From positions 62,001 to 126,000 of the forward strand of contig JAKMXF010000361.1 in the NCBI GenBank assembly GCA_024704765.1: a stretch of 64,000 nucleotides of DNA, read 5' to 3'. The stretch is from Oopsacas minuta. Lineage: Eukaryota; Animalia; Porifera. A model generated the notes under the pieces. That model made no database searches. It was not told where the DNA came from and saw only the letters and a list, made by a program, of their open reading frames with translations. The translations under genes were made by a program, and so were the position numbers. Below are positions 59,401 through 64,000 of the stretch, piece by piece (the first letter of the stretch is position 1; the number at the start of each line of letters is the position of its first letter).

Positions 59401-62400
59401 TTCAACTGAGAATTCTATGTAAGGACAATCTTGTGATGGTTTATATACTTCACCTCTTGCTATTGGGACTCTACTAGAATATGTCTGTATCATGAGCGGA
59501 GATAGAAGCAAAGAATACAATACACTAACAGTAGTAATGATAGATATATAAGCTACTAACATAGCTCTATCTTTGAGCTTTTAGAAAGTATGATGAAGAT
59601 GATCCTGATTAGTCAATGTAGGTGTGTCGTCAGTTTTCACATCAGCTGTGTGGAATCCTGAGAACTTTACCTTAGTACGGTCACGGAAAACTAACCATAC
59701 AATAACAATAAAGAGAGAGCATAGGATGCTTGGGAGGAATGACAAGATGGATAACACCATCATAGCGTATTTATCACAATTTGAATCAAGCTTAGATGAC
59801 CGGATATGTAATCTCCATCGGTTGAGGAATTTCCTATTAATAAGTTTCAATACCATTTGCTAAGACATAACAGTAACCAGAGAAGAATATTAACGAAATT
59901 ATAAACATTTCAATGAAAGAGAAAACGTTTAGAGAGTAAGTTCCCCAGGCGACTGTCCTTAAGAGTCTAAAAGCGCGTACTTTGTCTTCATAGCGATATC
60001 TCTCCAGGTACTCCGTGTTTATACCTCTAATGAAATCCTTTATGTACTTAGTAGCAGTTCTTAATGTCATTCTTACAAATGTGAATACAAAGAAAAGTCG
60101 ACTGAATGTGTCAAATAGATAGAATATGCCGAATATAACCGAAGATAGAGAAAATAATCAAAAATAAAGATGGTTACGAAATATGAAATTAACAAAGACA
60201 ATACATTCCCAATGTTGAATTCCAAAAGAAATAAGTACACCAATCGGAAGATAATAAAAGTCAAAATTCTACTGAAATAAAACTTCTTCCTTTTCAAATA
60301 GTTAGCGATTTGTAACAACAAACTAGGACCAAACAACACTATTCCTTCTTGGAGAGCGAAAGAAATGGAACCTACAACATAACTGATTTGGAATTGATGG
60401 TCTCATACGTTATTAGTAACAGAGACTGACAAATAGATTTGAAATATTACATTAAACACGTTGAACCCTGAAATGCATAGAACTATTCCTAAAGAAACGC
60501 TTGAAAATGTTGGTAGTAGGCAGTTATTATCTGCTTACCATCAGGATCAGGAGTGTGGTATTTAACTATGTTACGATATTTTAAAACTTGCATAATTAAC
60601 TGACCAGCTAAACGTGTGTTGACTGGGATAGTAAGGAAACAGAAACGGAGAATAGGATAGAAATGACCAGCACGTAGTATTGATTTTCCGTGTTATTGCA
60701 AAGATCATAATTGCGTTCTGTAACACAAACAAGAAATAACTGGTAAACATTTCAAATTCTAGTATCAGTAGTCAATGATAGTACTTCATAAGATGAATCA
60801 CACAACTCATAATGCATACTGTAGATATATGGAGTATCGCATTCCATTTGCTTGAATTCCTTAAAGGACTAGTGTACCAACAGGATTATAGGAGGTGTGT
60901 ACCTCTTTATCTGATGTAAATGGTGGAACGACGAAATTTGTATTCTTAATTGGAATACGTATTAACTCATTGAAAAGTGTACAACAAATATGTCTATTAT
61001 CAATCCGGATCAGAGTACTAACCCTGTTGGAAATAATAAAGTTATATTGCATTAAATAAAGATTAAGCGGGCACCAAATTAATATACTCTGACATAACTC
61101 TATGTAAAATATATTAATTAAGTATAATGGAGAATTATGTTGGGTACTATATTGACTTGTGCGTCCCTTGGAGATTGAGACCCGACCAAATGGCCCCCCA
61201 TAGCGCACAGAGGTACTGTATAACAGTGTATATACAATAACAATATATAAAACTACCTGTGTATGTCTCGGTACAAGTACAGTTATAACTGAACTCAGTA
61301 GTAGTACACACTCCACCATTCTCACAAGGAGTAGGGTCACAAGGATTGAATATTGATTCACAGCGGGCACCAATAAATCCACTAGGACAGTCACAAAAGA
61401 GTTCGGTTTCTGACAGCTGACATGCGCCATTATTCTCACAAGAATCTGGTTGACATGAAATACACGAACTACCTAAACAAATGGTCATAACTGTTAATAC
61501 AAATACAAAATCTTACTAGAGAACATGGGAGGATATCGTATATATAAAATAATACTATAAGAGTATATGCTTATGTGAAAAATTTGTAAATACAGTGATA
61601 TTCTCAAAAAAATGAGCACTTTATATAAATTTCATCTAGTTGGGCTTTACAAGGCAAACATCAACATTCACAAAAGTTAAACAAATATTATTCCCCTGCA
61701 TATGATCCTGGGTAGCTCGTAAAGCAGTAATACATACCGGATTGTATAGAGTCCTGTGGACAGCTGCAGGTAAAGTTACAGATAGAATTGTTGAGTAAGG
61801 TATCACATGAAGGATCACAAACTGAATCTGATTCACATTGAGAGCTTGATAAAATGCTATAGAGAAACAACAAATTTAGGTTTAACTCAAACTTAAATGA
61901 AATACAAGAATAACTACAATCAGTCAATCTGAATACTAATGTTAACCTGCTATTAGAAGTAGGTGTAAGAACATTAAGGAATACAGGCTGATCTAAGTAG
62001 ACAGGGTTGCTGATACAGCCTCTACACGCAGAAGAGGAAGTGGAAGGGAAATAAGTTAGTGTTGAATCGTAGCCAAGAGTTATTTCATTCTGAGGGGAGA
62101 ATATATTACTGAGGCTTGGGTCTACAATACAATAAAACATAATATATCAAATGTTAATACATACGCATGATTTCTTGTGGTCAAGGTCATGAAATTATGT
62201 TTGGATCGCATAATATCTTATATTATTGGTAGCGAATTCGCTAAGAATAACCAATACAGTATTACTAAATGATTTGAAAGATCTCGAATAAAACAGAAAT
62301 ATTAAATCAATATACGAGACCTTTAAGTTTGACTATGTAGGTATACTTCCAATTTTTCACTTTCTAAATTAGCATACGTCCATTATTGTCGCCCTTAATC

Positions 62401-62784
62401 TAGGAGAACGCCACACAACCATGGCCATGATATGGCCGCAAAATTGAAGGAATAATGTATATGGGGTGAAAACCCAAACATATGTATAGGAGCAAAAGAT
62501 GTGTCCCAAGCGTGCGGAATAATATTATAAGATGACATAATGTAGGATATTAAATATTATTATTACCTGTATACTCTCCTATCTGGTTACTATCCAACAG
62601 TAGAATAACATAATTATCAGATCTAACAAGTAGTATAGTGTGAGGAGAGGAATCATTTATAAAGACAGAAGACTGTCTAACATATAGCTGGTTAATCTGT
62701 AAGTTTACCAAACCATCTGTTAGAAAAACGAGTAGATGAGAAGATGAGTTAGTACCAAGCTGTATCAAGATGCAGTCACTCACT
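47481..62784 (-). CDS. crb: Crumbs-like LamG/EGF single-pass protein (5'-incomplete); exons 62784-62567, 62121-61947, 61856-61738, 61472-61257, 55173-54718, 54005-53637, 52667-52452, 51198-51001, 50401-47481
   Basis: Calcium-binding EGF repeats (DIDEC...C.N..G.Y.C.C..GYTG..C), two LamG-like segments, one TM, and a 35-aa tail with YSPAETE and C-terminal ETLI. All eight junctions are GT-AG with matching phase. Confidence 0.75.
50430..50966. mobile_element. pogo/Tigger-type MITE, 537 bp, in last Crumbs-like intron
   Basis: TA|cagtagaaactcgttaataag ... cgtattaacgaggttccactg|TA. Confidence 0.8.
51289..52386 (+). CDS. CDK20: Cyclin-dependent kinase 20 (CCRK), intronless, nested antisense in Crumbs-like intron 51199-52451
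   Basis: MESYEILCRIGEGAHGVVFKAKH, VALKKIALRKIEDGIPNNILRE, HRDLKPANLL, DFGLAR, HQVATRWYRPPELLYGAR are diagnostic CDK20 motifs. Confidence 0.92.
   Translation: MESYEILCRIGEGAHGVVFKAKHIQSGYHVALKKIALRKIEDGIPNNILREVKTLMSLEEHPNIVRLFEVFPHGMGFVLVFEFMLSDLSEVLRNHSILLSEAQIKCYMLMLLQGVSHCHKHNIIHRDLKPANLLLSSSGHLKIADFGLARVHCLAEDRPQYSHQVATRWYRPPELLYGARVYDEGVDLWGVGCILGELINSSPLFPGENDIDQLCCVTRILGTPNEQVWPGLSDLPDYKKITFPELLPIPLHKIVPDAAPLALDLLESFLVYVSKRRLPAVRALIHPYFFSEPIPAHHTQLPSPRTLPKRDLFQIFSSAEFDPSLLIHPSKIPSHVIAVTTPTQTRKIPKQITSKKSTTDKNSKF
52958..53025 (+). mobile_element. 5' fragment of the Helentron-like family
   Basis: atacgagccgcttcgcttgcgaac...actcggcacttcgtgcc matches 6017-6090. Confidence 0.6.
54322..54460 (-). 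mobile_element. Related Helentron-like fragment
   Basis: ctcgaggcaagaagtgccgag is the reverse of the family hairpin; cgtagcgacc repeats follow. Confidence 0.45.
55404..56876 (-). CDS. LRRC71: Leucine-rich repeat-containing protein 71-like, intronless, same-strand nested in Crumbs-like intron
   Basis: RI-type LRRs (LQSLSLWNVG, LKRLNLDGNP, LIFLNLSNNQLDD, LRTNRTLHGISLAGN), EFPLTHEEIMERR and PGNMTLLSLNLSYN match LRRC71. Confidence 0.8.
   Translation of the reverse strand: MRKKSEKLKTPNPTQEGTEDDSVYTPKGIFPEDFTKLCKKEGIYEIPVVHKPRSSEEKLSSSNGAKHEDISSLHSYKLVPNAEYISPRIEVCYEDEHDLSTLKQFSFRGYKLTSQLLNILSVCFPFYPQLQSLSLWNVGMSKRTLSELATLTASLTSLKRLNLDGNPIPEGDFSVLLTQERSVFDTLSLRGCALSSSQCIAIGNALRKNKSLIFLNLSNNQLDDTKSIDIVKGLRTNRTLHGISLAGNALTDVMTDFLSKSVLQEFPLTHEEIMERRTLIFATLTAENPHTRELVDSPNKLGIHQGTPSPIPDGTSSAKLRSTTHKATATSKNLPKDEKSAKPVERTKAKHVESAKKRAGSKIAKRPQEQIDSDKQDTIEYANPLLEKVSMREKQIFIPGNMTLLSLNLSYNLMSVESVSLLIAAVMWQTTEPKNTYKPGLLRVSLKNNLFQEDEHVCTELVSLLAKQNPLYVPPETPAESQREDEGELK
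56905..57901. mobile_element. Probable degenerate pogo/Tigger-type element between PPP1R11 and LRRC71
   Basis: Right end gttcggattagcgagggtctactg|TA; left partner accctcactgatccgaac is degenerate. Confidence 0.45.
58017..58301 (-). CDS. PPP1R11: Protein phosphatase 1 inhibitor-3 (Ypi1/PPP1R11), same-strand nested in Crumbs-like intron
   Basis: KKEIKWSEDVIDNEHMGKKKSNCCCIHHK contains the RVxF-type motif, the DNEH motif and the CCC motif. Confidence 0.92.
   Translation of the reverse strand: MSTRTKTTKTPTTATTTTTTTTKITEPTDSKQILILKKKPKKEIKWSEDVIDNEHMGKKKSNCCCIHHKARGPNESDSESDIEHPDNESSPYEK
58791..59562 (-). pseudogene. Frameshifted ectodomain + first-TM fragment of a GPCR-like membrane protein
   Basis: Signal-like start MLVAYISIITTVSVLYSLLL, Cys/Asn-rich segments over four overlapping ORFs joined by frameshifts, ending in a hydrophobic helix (PIWSILFALFVFITTAVSLSLML). 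Confidence 0.45.
59581..60837 (-). pseudogene. Decayed multi-TM (GPCR-like) gene
   Basis: MECDTPYIY...NNTENQYYVLVISILFSVSVSLL, followed by several hydrophobic helices broken by stops and frameshifts, ending ...SILCSLFIVIVWLVFRDRTKV...HHTF*. Confidence 0.45.
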
Positions 62785-62881
62785 CTACAAGATGCAATGA
62801 CTATTGAGTATATTCAGATAGTATATAGTAATGCTGGTAATCCTGCCATTGGATATTTTGAAATGTTATTCTTTCGTATAT

Positions 62882-63250
62882 ATCTATATTATTAAATCTC
62901 AATTGTTGTTTGTTTGTTTGTCCGTTGTCAAGGAAAGGATTTAAGGTACGGTATGCAATTTTGAATTTTCGCATAGCTATGTATTTATCGTGTTTATCAA
63001 GGAAGTAATTAGAATTCAATAAAACTTCACAGAATATATCGAAAATGCTGAATCCGATTTTCACACTTTTGGATTAATCATATGTAAATTTAATGTTGTT
63101 TTTATGAATATAAAGTAAAATCTCAAAATTGAGGGAAAATCATACTTTCGACGACTATACTGGGGTATTCGAGTATGTTGAGGCTGAATATTGTAAACAA
63201 TATCAATGCGTTGAATACCTCGAGGGGCGATCTGACGAGCCAAAGGCTCG
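62882..63250 (-). mobile_element. Helentron/DINE-1-like element, copy C (inverted)
   Basis: atctatattattaaatctcaattgttgtttgtttgtttgtccgttgtcaagg is the reverse complement of the copy A 3' end, and the core is shared. Confidence 0.65.
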
Positions 63251-63488
63251 TTGTTTTGTATATTTTAAGACAAAATGAGACTGTTAAATTAAAGATGGAA
63301 ATTAATCAAGAATAACACTGGTCGTAGTTAGTGTATCAGACCTGGGCCTGACCAATGGCTATGGGACTTCTGGGGAATTTCTCGGCTGCCACACGCTAAT
63401 CCGTCCCTGCTTGTAGGTATGCATAAGTTGAATATTCGATAAGTGATTTATTACTAAATACAATACATATATTGCAAAATACAAGTAA

Positions 63489-64000
63489 CTAAGAATTGAT
63501 TTCTTCTCGTGGCTGTGTAACTATATCTGAACAGATCTCAAGTCTTGATAAGACCCTCTCCTTCCCTAGAATACTAACCAGATTCCCGATAGTTGGACCC
63601 TTATAACAACCTGATAAAGCTAGACGTAACAATGTAAGGAGCTCTTGAGTACTAACGTGTAGCTCCATGGCCCATTTTGAGTAGGATACCTCAGCCAGGT
63701 CCTGAAAGAAATCCAGATTCCTGAACTTGCTAATTACATTCAGTAATAAGTCAGGGAGTGAATCAATAGAGATAGAATCAGTGTATGCTAGCAAGAGATC
63801 AGGTGTAGGGTTCTTCCAGAAGTAGCTGTGTTGTTCTGTTATCTCCTTCAGCAATATTATGCGAGTAGGGAAGGCTTGTAATACACTTTCTATATACTGT
63901 ATGTTCCTATATTCATCTGGAGCTGAGGGATAGTAATCTGTTTGTGAAAGAAGTTCTTCTAATTCAGATACCAAACTACCTCTTAGTTTGTCATCTGTTA
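63489..64000 (-). CDS. EARS2: Glutamyl-tRNA synthetase, mitochondrial type, C-terminal anticodon-binding part (5'-truncated)
   Basis: Frame is open to the window edge; RIILLKEI, LLRLALSG...GPTIGNLVSILGKERVLSRL is the typical GluRS C-terminus. Confidence 0.8.
   Translation of the reverse strand, partial: TDDKLRGSLVSELEELLSQTDYYPSAPDEYRNIQYIESVLQAFPTRIILLKEITEQHSYFWKNPTPDLLLAYTDSISIDSLPDLLLNVISKFRNLDFFQDLAEVSYSKWAMELHVSTQELLTLLRLALSGCYKGPTIGNLVSILGKERVLSRLEICSDIVTQPREEINS

Overview
Eukaryotic (animal-like), AT-rich, very gene-dense nuclear DNA with short GT-AG introns and many intronless genes. The compactness and gene content suggest a sponge, possibly a glass sponge; this is inference only. 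Recognisable genes in order: COX15 3' end (+), a tail-to-tail pair of paralogous ~90-aa membrane microproteins, RRP7A (-), a decayed DD34D mariner, a 1178-aa GGAI/FxxN beta-helix multi-TM receptor-like protein (+), a divergent kinesin-1 heavy chain (-), SPEF2 (-), DDX1 (-), a CTH-like PLP lyase (-), dynamin (-), a Crumbs-like LamG/EGF protein (-), CDK20 (+), LRRC71 (-), PPP1R11 (-), decayed GPCR-like sequences (-) and the EARS2 3' end (-). The main discovery is architectural. From 14.8 kb to the window end every non-nested gene is on the minus strand, and every plus-strand gene there sits inside an intron of a minus-strand host. Dynamin hosts three antisense genes. The Crumbs-like gene, reconstructed by hand as 9 phase-compatible exons, hosts CDK20 in antisense. 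It also hosts LRRC71, PPP1R11 and GPCR-like pseudogenes in the same orientation within one 6.1-kb intron, and probably EARS2 too. Many ATGs lie 0-9 nt after a YAG acceptor-like site, which suggests trans-splicing, polycistronic processing or 5'-UTR introns. Introns and spacers contain many hAT, pogo/Tigger, Harbinger-like and Helentron-like non-autonomous elements. No CRISPR array, rRNA or convincing tRNA was seen.
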